From a virus (taxonomy: Duplodnaviria; Caudoviricetes), in IMG/VR virus record IMGVR_UViG_3300017747_000841, positions 1 through 50,059 of that record: a stretch of DNA of 50,059 nt. The stretch is one strand, 5' to 3'. Made by a program: the position numbers and the translations under genes. The first letter of the stretch is position 1; each line of letters opens with the position of its first letter. Under the pieces are notes generated by a model, which was given only the letters and a program-made list of their open reading frames with translations, had not been told where the DNA came from and ran no database searches. Below, in pieces: positions 8,550 through 17,928 of this stretch.

Positions 8550-9108
8550 TAACTCCGGCGACTACATAACGGAGATGGCTCTGTCAGCCGCTCTTAAGAA
8601 TATGGCGAGAGAAATCAGAGGGAACACAAACAACGAAGAAGATCCACATCTCTTTGCGCACATGACGCGAACGTCAGGGCAGTTGACGCCAATCTCACAT
8701 CCAACGCTTGAGGGCATGTATCGAGTAGTGATGATGCGGCAACCGTTCCCGACCATGAAGTATGTGATGTTCGTAGGCGATGGGTTTGTGAGAGTCTTTA
8801 ACGACGAGACGCTACCGGATGACTTGCGATTCAAGATGATGGCAATCGACACCTACGCTGAAGGACATAACAGGAATGCCCCGCCTGACTTCATTCACAC
8901 CGTACCGCCGCCGCTCAACGAGGTCTACAAGAACTCACTAGGCGAGGCGATGGATGACATCGGGTGGCGCTCTCACGAGTACTACTGCTTCGTGATGTCT
9001 TATGAAGAACTGCTGGCCTATCGCGGAGGTGATAACGGTACGCCCATCGCGGAGTACAAATTTGTCACAGCACACAACAAGGAAGCTAGAACCAGAAGCC
9101 GACTATGA
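8542..9108 (+). CDS. Hypothetical protein
   Basis: AAGGA RBS; coupled ORF. Confidence 0.8.
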   Translation: MSNNSGDYITEMALSAALKNMAREIRGNTNNEEDPHLFAHMTRTSGQLTPISHPTLEGMYRVVMMRQPFPTMKYVMFVGDGFVRVFNDETLPDDLRFKMMAIDTYAEGHNRNAPPDFIHTVPPPLNEVYKNSLGEAMDDIGWRSHEYYCFVMSYEELLAYRGGDNGTPIAEYKFVTAHNKEARTRSRL

Positions 9109-9392
9109 GTACACCAGAAAACAAAGTCAAAGAGAAGGTGAGGAAGATCCTCAATGAGTTTAGCGCGTACTACGTCATGCCTGTGACGGGCGGGTACGGT
9201 AACTCCGGTGCGCCTGACTTCATTGTTTGTCATAACGGAAGGTTTTACGGCATCGAGTGCAAAGCCGGAAAGGGAGTAGCCACAGCACTACAACACATGA
9301 ACCTTCGCCGCATCGTTGAGTGTGGCGGCATCGCAATGATTATCAACGAGAACAACATCGAAGAAGTAAGACGACACATGGAGAAACCATGA
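9105..9392 (+). CDS. VRR-NUC family nuclease (putative Holliday-junction resolvase)
   Basis: PENKVK...GAPDF...GIECKAGKG...LQ pattern. Confidence 0.85.
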   Translation: MSTPENKVKEKVRKILNEFSAYYVMPVTGGYGNSGAPDFIVCHNGRFYGIECKAGKGVATALQHMNLRRIVECGGIAMIINENNIEEVRRHMEKP

Positions 9393-9577
9393 AAGACAGA
9401 GAAGGAGAGATCATGGTGGGCGACCCACCGTACCCATTCGTGTGGACTTCACACGGAGATGCACAGAAGGTCTGGCGGCGCTACGGCTGGAGACCGCCTA
9501 CTGAGTATCGAGATGACTACATGTTCAAACACAACCGCGACATTGCTCAAACCACCACGGAGAATCTAAATGGATAA
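9389..9577 (+). CDS. Hypothetical protein
   Basis: GGAGA RBS before ATG 9389; ATGA overlap. Confidence 0.6.
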   Translation: MKDREGEIMVGDPPYPFVWTSHGDAQKVWRRYGWRPPTEYRDDYMFKHNRDIAQTTTENLNG

Positions 9578-10181
9578 CGTAACCATCACCATCGACCCCG
9601 CAAAACCGATCAGGTCTTTGTCGTACAAAACGATCTACAAGATCAAGAAGCTTATTAAGATCATCAAGGACAAGCCGGATGTCACCAACAACGAGCTGAT
9701 GAAGATCTTTAAGCTTAAGCATTCGTCGATATGGCGTTTGCGTCAGCTAGCTGTTGAGTATAGGTATGCGACGCGGGAAGAGATCTATCCGACCAAGTTC
9801 CATGTTGAGACACCCAAGGTGGTAGAGCCTGTCATTGATATCTCTGAGTGGCTTAAAGGTTTGCCGGATGAAGAGGTTAAGCCTGTGCTTCAGACTCAGA
9901 CCACGACGACTGAACTTGATACGCTGCTCGACACGAGGCACAGCACCTACGGTACTTTCATGGGTCAGGCCGCGCTCTCTCAAGCTATCAAGAAAGTCAT
10001 CAACGAGCGTCTTAAGGGTAAAGACCACAAGTTCGAGCCAGATCAACTGGAAGCTCTGTCCATGATCGCGCACAAGATCGCAAGGGTGGTGAACGGTGAT
10101 CCCGACTACGTTGATTCGTGGCGTGACATTGCGGGCTATGCGCAGCTTGTCGCTGATCGTCTGGAAGGTCGAGTACGTTAA
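9570..10181 (+). CDS. HTH plus DUF6378-like domain protein
   Basis: C-terminal RxxxYG...KIAR...GDPDYVDSWRDIAGYAQL; N-terminal HTH-like segment. Confidence 0.7.
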   Translation: MDNVTITIDPAKPIRSLSYKTIYKIKKLIKIIKDKPDVTNNELMKIFKLKHSSIWRLRQLAVEYRYATREEIYPTKFHVETPKVVEPVIDISEWLKGLPDEEVKPVLQTQTTTTELDTLLDTRHSTYGTFMGQAALSQAIKKVINERLKGKDHKFEPDQLEALSMIAHKIARVVNGDPDYVDSWRDIAGYAQLVADRLEGRVR

Positions 10182-10564
10182 TGACTGATGACGACAACGC
10201 GCAGAACAAAGCGTGTAGGTCTTTATTGGCTACGGTGGTATTACTCGCCGTAGCCGATTCATGTATCAGACCGCCAAAGCCGGTCAAGGGTGAGCGCCCG
10301 AAGATTCCGATGGCGACTGAGGCATTTACTGCTATGCGTTTTTTGTTTGATGAGACTTTGCCGGGACTGAACGAGTATGCGACATGGCTGGACATGGAGC
10401 CTAGCCATTTTCGTATGAAGCTATTGGAGACGATGAGAAGTGAATCACCGAGCATCATCAATGGCTACGACCCGTCAGACCGACGAGCCTTCCGTTACAA
10501 CTACGGAGTTTGGTATCGCCTGAAGAACCAATACGACGTACAGCAAGAGGAGGAAGAAGAATGA
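10181..10564 (+). CDS. Hypothetical protein
   Basis: TAATG coupling; full ORF. Confidence 0.75.
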   Translation: MTDDDNAQNKACRSLLATVVLLAVADSCIRPPKPVKGERPKIPMATEAFTAMRFLFDETLPGLNEYATWLDMEPSHFRMKLLETMRSESPSIINGYDPSDRRAFRYNYGVWYRLKNQYDVQQEEEEE

Positions 10565-10758
10565 GTTTGCCTTATGACGTAGCGCGATGTCACGGCCTCA
10601 AGTGGGGCAATGAGAAAACCGGGAAGCCCATGCCTCCCTGTGAAAAGTGCCAGCGCAGACTACAGATTGCGATTGATCCACCCACTATTGATCGAGTTGT
10701 CTACACATGGCCCCCTCAGTTTGAGAACGGCGTCTGCCAGATCCGGATAGGAGTGTGA
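10561..10758 (+). CDS. Small Cys-containing hypothetical protein
   Basis: GAGGAGG RBS before ATG 10561; DVARC...CEKCQR...C. Confidence 0.65.
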   Translation: MSLPYDVARCHGLKWGNEKTGKPMPPCEKCQRRLQIAIDPPTIDRVVYTWPPQFENGVCQIRIGV

Positions 10759-10759
10759 G

Positions 10760-10987
10760 ATGAGCGCACTGAAACCCGTAGACATTCCAAACCAATACAA
10801 AGAATCCGCACAAGAAGCGCTGCAAGATGTGATGGACGAGAACCCAGACACGGTGATCATTCTGTCGTTCTGGAAAGATCGCGGTCAGTTCAAGATCAAA
10901 ACGTCGATGGTGTCTGATCGGCTGATGTTGATTGGTGCGATAGAGGAAGCCAAGGCGAAGGTCATTTCGGATGGGTACGCGCCATGA
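10760..10987 (+). CDS. Hypothetical protein
   Basis: AGGAG RBS. Confidence 0.7.
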   Translation: MSALKPVDIPNQYKESAQEALQDVMDENPDTVIILSFWKDRGQFKIKTSMVSDRLMLIGAIEEAKAKVISDGYAP

Positions 10988-11058
10988 GTGGGTTCGAGGA
11001 AGGATATGAAGAAGGCGGCAGTGCCTACACTCAGCTCCGTGATTTGGGGTAATACCTG

Positions 11059-11487
11059 ATGCTATGCCCTAAGTGCCAAGGTGAAACACGCAGCAAGAAC
11101 AAAGGCTGTGTGAGACACCGGACATGCCGCGCATGCGGCCATGAGTTTACGACCATCGAAGTAATCAAAGAACCAGAAATGAATACGAAACAGAAGCTTG
11201 AGAAGTTCATGCAGTCCCGCAAGAAAACCGTTGACACCGCGACCTTAGCCGCATACTTCATGGTCAACGTCACCACAATCAATCATGCAATGGGAGAGCT
11301 AGAGCGTGAAGGAAAAATCACAAGGACGAAAGCCAAGAACGGGAAAAACATCTGGCAATGGAACTACGATGTGGCCCTTCCCAAGCCACCCGCTCCAGTA
11401 CGACCCCGTATTGAACCCGCCCCCCGTATCGGACCGCCAACCAAAGCAACGCAAAGCTACCCCCACATTCGCGGCTATGATGACTGA
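11059..11487 (+). CDS. NrdR-like Zn-ribbon fused to a winged-HTH domain
   Basis: CPKC...RTCRACGHEFTTIE, then TATLAAYFMVNVTTINHAMGELEREGKI. Confidence 0.65.
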   Translation: MLCPKCQGETRSKNKGCVRHRTCRACGHEFTTIEVIKEPEMNTKQKLEKFMQSRKKTVDTATLAAYFMVNVTTINHAMGELEREGKITRTKAKNGKNIWQWNYDVALPKPPAPVRPRIEPAPRIGPPTKATQSYPHIRGYDD

Positions 11488-11509
11488 GGTAGGGGAGGCT
11501 ACGTTATGA
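11369..11509 (+). CDS. Possible overlapping 46-aa protein (MWPFP...EATL)
   Basis: Alternative frame; its stop overlaps the polymerase start (ATGA). Confidence 0.4.
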   Translation: MWPFPSHPLQYDPVLNPPPVSDRQPKQRKATPTFAAMMTEVGEATL

Positions 11510-13392
11510 ATATCATCACACTAGACTTCGAGACTTACTACGATGGAAAAATCGGTCTCGGATTTAAGACTCAGACAACAGAGGAATACATCCGTGACTC
11601 ACGCTTTGAGGTGGTCGGTGTAGGTGTAAAGGTCGGTGCCGGAGAGAGCGTGTGGGTAACAGAGAACATTAAAGAATATCTAATAGATCTACCTTGGGAT
11701 AGGTCGATGCTTCTCTGTCACAACACGCTGTTCGATGGCGCTATTCTGTCGTGGATATACGGGGTCAACCCATCATTCATGCTCGATACGCTGGGCATGG
11801 CCCGCGCTCTTCATGGTGTAGACGCAGGAGGGTCACTCGCTGCGCTGGCTGACCGTTATAGGATCGGAGAGAAGGGTGATGAGGTTATTCGTGCAGAGGG
11901 TAAACGCCAACAAGATTTCACTCCACAAGAGCTAGAAGCTTATGGACGGTATTGCCGGAACGACGTTGAGCTAACCTACACGCTGTTTCATATCTTGGCT
12001 AAAAGATTCCCAGCAGATGAGTTCGCACTCATCGACATGACGTTGCGGATGTACACGCAGCCGGTACTCGAAATAGATGACGCAATGCTCAACGCTCGAC
12101 TGGAAGAGCTTGGCCAAGAAAAGAAACTTCTGTTGTCTGGTCTGATGGGTGCTATGTCCTGCAACTCTGAGGAAGAGGTAAGGAAAAAGCTCGCTAGTAA
12201 TAAGCAGTTCGCAGCGGTGCTGGAGGAGCACGGGGTTGACCCTCCGTTAAAGGTAAGCGCTACGACGGGTAAGCCTACGTTTGCACTAGCCAAGACTGAC
12301 GAGGGGTTCATCGCTCTGCAAGAGCACCCGAACCCGGTCATACAACAACTGTGCGCTGTCCGTCTTGGTACTAAGTCTACGATTGAGGAGTCTCGCATAC
12401 AGAGATTCATCGACATGGGCGCTAGGAACAGGGGCAAGATCCCTGTGCCGCTGAAGTACTACGGGGCGCACACGGGCAGGTGGGCGGGGATGGACAAGGT
12501 GAACTTCCAGAACTTGCCGAGCCGTGACAAGAAGAAGAAAACGCTGAAGAACGCCATCGTCGCGCCAGAGGGCTACAGCATCATCAACGCTGACTCATCG
12601 CAGATCGAGGCGCGGGTGCTCGCGTGGCTGGCAGGGCAAGAAGATGTCGTGTCGCAGTTCAGCAGGGGCGAGGATGTGTATTCGATCTTTGCGTCAAAGG
12701 TCTACAGGCGCACGATCACTAAAGATGATCCGGTCGAGCGGTTCGTCGGTAAGACTTGCGTTCTCGGTCTTGGCTATGGGACTGGAGCATTAAAGCTAAG
12801 GCACACGCTGGCTACCACCCCACCAAAGGTTATGTTCACGGACGATCAGGCAAAGAGTCTTGTGGATCTATACCGGCATGTCAACCACAACATCACCTAT
12901 CTGTGGAAGATGGCAGATCGGCTCATCAAGGACTTGATAGGCTGGGACCCAGAGAGCGAAGCCTACTACTTTGGGGAGCATCGCTGTGTGCTGATAGACC
13001 GGCAGAGCATCCGTCTGCCTAATGGGCTCTACATCAGATATCCCAATCTCGAATCTAACAACACGAACGGCTACAGATATAAATCCCGCAAAGGATCAGT
13101 CGATATCTGGGGTGGCATGGTGGTGGAGAATGTGGTGCAAGCCCTAGCTAAGATCATCGTGGGTGAGCAGATGCTTCGCATACAGATGCGCTACCCCGTA
13201 GCCATGACCGTGCATGATGCGGCTGTACTGGTTGTGCGAGACGAAGAGCTAGAGGAGGCCAAGGCTTACGTCGCGGAGTGTATGTCTACACCACCTGACT
13301 GGGCGCAAATGAAAGACGGAGGTGGCGTGTGGATGCGGCTACCGATCACCTGTGAGGTGAAGTCGGCTAAGCGCTATGGTGAGTGCGGATAA
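11506..13392 (+). CDS. polA: DNA polymerase family A with 3'-5' exonuclease domain
   Basis: Exo I DFETY, HNxxFD, HTGR, NFQNLP, motif A DSSQIEAR, motif B RFVGKTCVLGLGYG, motif C TVHD. Confidence 0.95.
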   Translation: MNIITLDFETYYDGKIGLGFKTQTTEEYIRDSRFEVVGVGVKVGAGESVWVTENIKEYLIDLPWDRSMLLCHNTLFDGAILSWIYGVNPSFMLDTLGMARALHGVDAGGSLAALADRYRIGEKGDEVIRAEGKRQQDFTPQELEAYGRYCRNDVELTYTLFHILAKRFPADEFALIDMTLRMYTQPVLEIDDAMLNARLEELGQEKKLLLSGLMGAMSCNSEEEVRKKLASNKQFAAVLEEHGVDPPLKVSATTGKPTFALAKTDEGFIALQEHPNPVIQQLCAVRLGTKSTIEESRIQRFIDMGARNRGKIPVPLKYYGAHTGRWAGMDKVNFQNLPSRDKKKKTLKNAIVAPEGYSIINADSSQIEARVLAWLAGQEDVVSQFSRGEDVYSIFASKVYRRTITKDDPVERFVGKTCVLGLGYGTGALKLRHTLATTPPKVMFTDDQAKSLVDLYRHVNHNITYLWKMADRLIKDLIGWDPESEAYYFGEHRCVLIDRQSIRLPNGLYIRYPNLESNNTNGYRYKSRKGSVDIWGGMVVENVVQALAKIIVGEQMLRIQMRYPVAMTVHDAAVLVVRDEELEEAKAYVAECMSTPPDWAQMKDGGGVWMRLPITCEVKSAKRYGECG

Positions 13393-13430
13393 AGGGTGCT
13401 ACCATAGGTAAACCATAACGAGGCTTATCT

Positions 13431-14093
13431 ATGTACACATGGTCTTACTCCGCGCTGAAAGATTACGTCAACTGTCCACGTCAATATAGTGAGGTCAAGG
13501 TACTCAAGAACTTCACCAAGTCGATGACGCAGCAGATCCTCTATGGCCAAGAGGTTCATAAAGCGTTAGAAGATTATGTCCGTGAGGGTAAACCCTTACT
13601 AGAGAACTACAAACAGTACAAAGAGATTCTTGATTGTTTGATGGAGATTCCCGGTGTCCGCTATCCCGAGCACGAGATGGCGCTGACTGTAGACAAGACG
13701 CCCTGCGGGTTCCATGATAAGAATCGCTGGGTACGGGGGATTGCTGATCTGTTGATAATTGATGAAGAGGATAAGCTGGCGTACATCGTGGACTACAAGA
13801 CCGGGAGCAACCGTTACCCAGACACTAAGCAGTTGAAGCTGATGGCTCTGATGACGTTTGCGCACTTCCCGAACGTAGACACCGTGAAGGCTGGCCTTCT
13901 CTTTATTGTTAAGAATAGCTTCGTAGATGAGATCTACAAACGAGAAGAGATTCCTAAGCTGTGGGCTGCATTCGAGCCTGACCTCATGCGTCTGGAAGAG
14001 TCGTACAAAAACGATGTATGGAACCCAAAATCAACGCCGCTGTGTGGCTGGTGCCCCGTCAATACCTGTGAATACCATAGAGGAAACCGATGA
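13431..14093 (+). CDS. Cas4/RecB-like PD-(D/E)XK exonuclease
   Basis: SYS..CP, G..VH, GIAD, DYKTG, QLxL and C-terminal CGWCPxxxC (four-Cys Fe-S pattern). Confidence 0.88.
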   Translation: MYTWSYSALKDYVNCPRQYSEVKVLKNFTKSMTQQILYGQEVHKALEDYVREGKPLLENYKQYKEILDCLMEIPGVRYPEHEMALTVDKTPCGFHDKNRWVRGIADLLIIDEEDKLAYIVDYKTGSNRYPDTKQLKLMALMTFAHFPNVDTVKAGLLFIVKNSFVDEIYKREEIPKLWAAFEPDLMRLEESYKNDVWNPKSTPLCGWCPVNTCEYHRGNR

Positions 14094-14314
14094 AGGACGA
14101 TGCTTTGATTGATTACTCCAACCCCATCCTGAACATCCAGAGCAGGGTGCGAAAAACTAATGACGCGCTGCTTGCTAAGCGCTATGATGAGGCACTTGAC
14201 ACCCTACTCAACATCGTGGCAGATACCCGTGCAGCGTACATAGCTGTCCGGTATCTAAAGGAACAGGAACATGCCCTACGTCAACAAGCCCCGTCCATAC
14301 AAGAAAGAGTATAA
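14090..14314 (+). CDS. Hypothetical helical protein
   Basis: GAGGA RBS; ATGA overlap. Confidence 0.65.
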   Translation: MKDDALIDYSNPILNIQSRVRKTNDALLAKRYDEALDTLLNIVADTRAAYIAVRYLKEQEHALRQQAPSIQERV

Positions 14315-14525
14315 GCAGCAGGTCGCTCGCGGTGAGCATGAGAACCGCATGGAACGGCAACGCGCTAGGCGTACTCTGGATGAGAAAGGTGTTGATCGAG
14401 AGGGCAAAGACATCGCGCATGTCAAAGCGCTCAGCAAGGGTGGCTCTAACAAAGATGGCTACAAGTTGCAGTCACCTAGTAAGAATCGGTCGTTCCCTCG
14501 GAAGTCTGATGGTTCGATGAAGTAA
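14271..14525 (+). CDS. Small basic HNH-like endonuclease
   Basis: KDIAHVKALSKGGSN...NRS resembles the minimal HNH motif DxxHxxPLSKGG...N. Confidence 0.7.
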   Translation: MPYVNKPRPYKKEYKQQVARGEHENRMERQRARRTLDEKGVDREGKDIAHVKALSKGGSNKDGYKLQSPSKNRSFPRKSDGSMK

Positions 14526-14531
14526 GTCAAA

Positions 14532-14675
14532 AGGCAGTCTACTGTTAGGCGTGAGTGAGTAGGCTGTTTAGTCTGTTGCAGGGGGGTTCGTTCATTTCCT
14601 CCCACCTAACCACGTCAGCTAGAAAGCACTTTACTTCTCCGGTGCGGTTCTAGCCGACTAGCCCCCGTAAGGGGC
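14532..14675 (+). ncRNA. Candidate structured RNA (four hairpins plus pseudoknot pairings)
   Basis: Stems 14532-43/14558-69, 14581-86/14598-603, 14614-30/14641-58 and a GTAA-loop hairpin 14661-75; loop-to-linker complementarity. Confidence 0.6.
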
Positions 14676-14705
14676 GTCGTTTTCATTCAGTACATTGAGG
14701 GCAAC

Positions 14706-16268
14706 ATGCAGATAGTCGATAACGTCGCACTAAAATTTGTCGTCTCTAAAGACGATAGCAAATACATACAGCGCCACATTGAACGTTGTGAAGTTCTGCG
14801 TGAGAACGACAGACACGCTGAGCTGCTTGTCTATTGGGGGTTAAGAGAAGCACAGCTCCTATCTAGAGTCCTTGGTGATGTAGTTCCCTCACCGATGGAA
14901 CGAGACTATGACTGGCCGGGGATGTACACCCCCTTCAAGCATCAGCGCACCACCGCATCGTTCTTGACCATGAGGGATCGTGGGTTCTGCTTCAACGAGG
15001 CAGGGACAGGCAAGACTTCTTCTGTGGTCTGGGCTGCTGACTATCTGATGAAACAAGGGCTGGTCAAGCGTGTCTTGGTCATCTGCCCGCTCTCGATCAT
15101 GCACACCGCATGGCGCTCTGATGTGTTCAATACAGCGATGCACAGAACTGTCGCTGTGGCGCATGGCGCTACAGAGAAGCGCAAGAAAATTATCAACGGA
15201 ACCTACGAGTTCGTCATCATCAACTATGACGGGGTGGGAACGGTAGAGGACGAGATCGCAAAGGTAGGGTTTGACCTAATTGTCGTCGATGAAGCAAACG
15301 CATATAAAACACCTTCGACGAAGCGATGGAAAACCTTGAACCGTATTCTTAAACCGTCAACGCGCTTATGGATGCTGACCGGCACACCTGCCTCTCAGTC
15401 TCCAGTCGATGCTTATGGGCTGGCTAAGCTGGTGTCGCCAAACAACGTGCCCAAGTACCAGACAACGTGGAGGGATTCAGTCATGTACCAAGTGTCTAGA
15501 TTTAAGTACCTACCCAAACCTAACGCAAAGAAGATAGTGCATGACGCGCTACAACCCGCGATTAGGTTTGAGAAACGTCAATGCCTTGATCTGCCTGACA
15601 TCGTGCATCAGACAAGGGAGATACCGCTGTCACCGCAAGTTGCTCGCTACTACAAGCAAATCAAAGAACAGATGCTAGTCGAGGCGGCTGGGGAGACGAT
15701 CACCGCAGCCAACGCCGCAGTCGTGCTCAGTAAGTTGCTCCAGATTTCAGGGGGCGCAGTCTATACCGACAAGAAGGAAGTCTTAGAGTTCGATGCCACG
15801 CCACGTTTCAACGCGCTGTATGAAGTCATTGAAGAGACAGAGAACAAAGTAATCATCTTCGTCCCCTACACGCACACCATCCAGTTAGTAAGTAGTTTCC
15901 TATCCAGTAAAGGAGTCACAAATGAAGTAATCAACGGCGAAGTATCAGCAGGTAAGCGGGCTGACATCATCAACCGCTTTCAGTCCCAAGAGAACCCCCG
16001 AGTCCTAGTGATTCAACCACAAGCTGCATCACATGGTGTGACGTTGACCGCTGCCGATACGGTGGTGTTCTGGTCCCCCGTGATGAGTGTAGAAACGTAT
16101 CTACAATGTATAGCCCGCATCGACCGTGTTGGTCAGAAGAACAACATGCTGGTCGTACATCTGCAAGGTTCGGAAGTGGAGCGAAAGCTCTACAAGATGC
16201 TCCAGACCAAGGTTGATCTCCATGCAGGACTAGTCGATCTGTACAAACAGGAGATGGGAATTGAGTGA
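14706..16268 (+). CDS. SNF2-family (SF2) helicase
   Basis: GTGKT, DEA, LTGTP, HGVTLT, QCIARIDRVGQ motifs. Confidence 0.93.
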   Translation: MQIVDNVALKFVVSKDDSKYIQRHIERCEVLRENDRHAELLVYWGLREAQLLSRVLGDVVPSPMERDYDWPGMYTPFKHQRTTASFLTMRDRGFCFNEAGTGKTSSVVWAADYLMKQGLVKRVLVICPLSIMHTAWRSDVFNTAMHRTVAVAHGATEKRKKIINGTYEFVIINYDGVGTVEDEIAKVGFDLIVVDEANAYKTPSTKRWKTLNRILKPSTRLWMLTGTPASQSPVDAYGLAKLVSPNNVPKYQTTWRDSVMYQVSRFKYLPKPNAKKIVHDALQPAIRFEKRQCLDLPDIVHQTREIPLSPQVARYYKQIKEQMLVEAAGETITAANAAVVLSKLLQISGGAVYTDKKEVLEFDATPRFNALYEVIEETENKVIIFVPYTHTIQLVSSFLSSKGVTNEVINGEVSAGKRADIINRFQSQENPRVLVIQPQAASHGVTLTAADTVVFWSPVMSVETYLQCIARIDRVGQKNNMLVVHLQGSEVERKLYKMLQTKVDLHAGLVDLYKQEMGIE

Positions 16269-16668
16269 TTTCACCCTAGAAGATATGGTCAAGTCTTACT
16301 TGACAATCAGGGCCGAACGTGAAAGACTGGCCCACGATTTCGAGGCGGCTGATGAGGCGCTGAAGCAGGATCAAGAAGTCCTGAAGCAAGCCATGCTAGG
16401 CGTCTGCAACGAGACGAATGCCTCCAGCATCAAGACAGGGCAAGGCACGGTAATCAGGAAGTTGAACGAGCGGTACTTCTGCAACGATTGGGATCCGTTT
16501 CGTACTTTTCTGGTTAATAACGATGCTATTGATCTGCTTGAGCGTCGTATCCACCAAGGTAACTTTAAGCAGTACATGGCCGACCGGCTTGAGAAAGATG
16601 GTCTGCCGCCCGGAGTAAACGTCATGCGTGAGTTTGACGTAGTTGTTCGTAAGCCCACATCAAAGTAA
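16261..16668 (+). CDS. Conserved phage replication-module coiled-coil protein
   Basis: N-terminal coiled coil, SIKTGQGT, DW...LLERRI, LPPG; TTG start with GGAG RBS. Confidence 0.7.
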   Translation: MSDFTLEDMVKSYLTIRAERERLAHDFEAADEALKQDQEVLKQAMLGVCNETNASSIKTGQGTVIRKLNERYFCNDWDPFRTFLVNNDAIDLLERRIHQGNFKQYMADRLEKDGLPPGVNVMREFDVVVRKPTSK

Positions 16669-16679
16669 AGAGGAAAACC

Positions 16680-17549
16680 ATGAGTAACGATCTAGTCACC
16701 CTGCTGTCGCAAGACCCCACGCTGGCGCAAACCGGCCTCGATGAAGATACCCTTGCCGTCTCCGGTGGTAGGGGTGGTACAAAGCGCATCTCTATCAAGG
16801 GTAGCGTGTTCCGTAAGTATGCAGGTGGTAAGGAAGTCGGCAAGATCGAAGATCGGTCGATGAACATCATCTTCGTAAAGATGGCGCACAAACCTTCACG
16901 CATGTTCTATGACAAGGGCTATAAAGAAGGCGAGCGGGTCAGTCCTGCTTGTTGGTCTAGTAACTCTGAAGTGCCTGATGCTGAGGTCAAGAACCCGGCG
17001 GCGCTCACCTGCGCCACCTGCCCTAACAGCGTGAAAGGCTCTAGCGATAACGGTACGTCTACCCGCTGCAAGTTGTCGTGGCGTACTGCTGTCGTTCTGC
17101 CGAACGATCCCTCTGGGGATGTGATGCAGTTGGTTCTTCCCGCTACGTCGAGCTTCGGCAAAGAGGACAACGGCAAGTTCCCGTTCCGTCCGTACATCCA
17201 GCATCTCGCATCACACAACGTCAGCGCAGGTCGTGTCATCACTAAGATGTCTTTTGATACGAACGCCCCCACGCCGAAGGTTGTGTTCAGCGTCCATGCA
17301 CGTACGCCGGATGAGGATCTCGCAGTTATCGCTCGTCAGTCGAAGAGCCCCGCAGCAGAAGCCGCCATCAAGATGAACGTGTATCAGGCAGATGCTCAGG
17401 AGACTGAGAAGATCGAGCCGATTGCTGAGGATGTGATCGAGGACGTTCCGCAACCGACTAAGCGCGAAGCATCACCATCGTTCAGCGCTTCCGATAACAA
17501 GGAAGTGGACATGAGCAACGTGATGAAGAAGTGGGCGCGTAAGTCGTAA
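16680..17549 (+). CDS. Putative ssDNA-binding/annealing protein with Zn-binding Cys
   Basis: RISIKG, PACWS...CATCP...C, acidic flexible C-terminus; position in the replication module; function inferred. Confidence 0.55.
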   Translation: MSNDLVTLLSQDPTLAQTGLDEDTLAVSGGRGGTKRISIKGSVFRKYAGGKEVGKIEDRSMNIIFVKMAHKPSRMFYDKGYKEGERVSPACWSSNSEVPDAEVKNPAALTCATCPNSVKGSSDNGTSTRCKLSWRTAVVLPNDPSGDVMQLVLPATSSFGKEDNGKFPFRPYIQHLASHNVSAGRVITKMSFDTNAPTPKVVFSVHARTPDEDLAVIARQSKSPAAEAAIKMNVYQADAQETEKIEPIAEDVIEDVPQPTKREASPSFSASDNKEVDMSNVMKKWARKS

Positions 17550-17551
17550 TG

Positions 17552-17584
17552 GTCAGGGTGGGGCCAGTGTTGGCCCCGCCCGAC
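17552..17584 (+). other. GC-rich intergenic hairpin without U-tract
   Basis: GGGTGGGGCCA-GTGT-TGGCCCCGCCC, extendable with GTC/GAC. Confidence 0.6.
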
Positions 17585-17599
17585 ACAGAGGAGAAAAAT

Positions 17600-17917
17600 G
17601 TGTCACGTCCCTACAGTGTCCAATTCATATCAGAGCTTAAGAAGTGCGACCCAGACATCCCCGGCATCGCTCTCGGCATGGCTTGCGTTAACGCAAACCT
17701 TCCTGCAAAGTATGTGGCTCTCGCCCTTGGCGTGTCGCGCATGACCGTATTCAGTTGGTTTCGTGGCAAGCCTATCCGCATCAAGAACCTGCACAAAGTA
17801 GAAGTCTTTACCGATCTGGTAGAGAGCGACACCGCGAAAGGCATTCTTCCTGCAAAGACAAAGGCCGCTGCGAAAGCCTATCTGGAGGAGATGGTAAACC
17901 GACCTCTTGAGGCTTGA
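17600..17917 (+). CDS. Cro/XRE-like HTH DNA-binding protein
   Basis: VALALGVSRMTVFSWFRG; GAGGAG RBS before GTG 17600. Confidence 0.8.
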   Translation: MSRPYSVQFISELKKCDPDIPGIALGMACVNANLPAKYVALALGVSRMTVFSWFRGKPIRIKNLHKVEVFTDLVESDTAKGILPAKTKAAAKAYLEEMVNRPLEA

Positions 17918-17928
17918 TCCCCATCAAC

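Noticed and set aside
10984-11052. 22-aa ORF MSGFEEGYEEGGSAYTQLRDLG containing YEEGG
   Set aside because: Too short to support; it lies in the early arm, so the GG match is probably chance.
13431-14093. Cas4-like gene as part of a CRISPR-Cas system
   Set aside because: No cas1/cas2 or array; stand-alone Cas4-like nucleases are common in phage replication modules.
14544-14614. Minus-strand CGTGGTTAGG resembling the start of a pistol ribozyme
   Set aside because: Downstream pistol elements and spacing are missing, and G-U pairs favour folding on the + strand.
14526-14705. tRNA in the intergenic gap
   Set aside because: No cloverleaf or correctly placed T-loop; no tRNA was recognised anywhere in the window.
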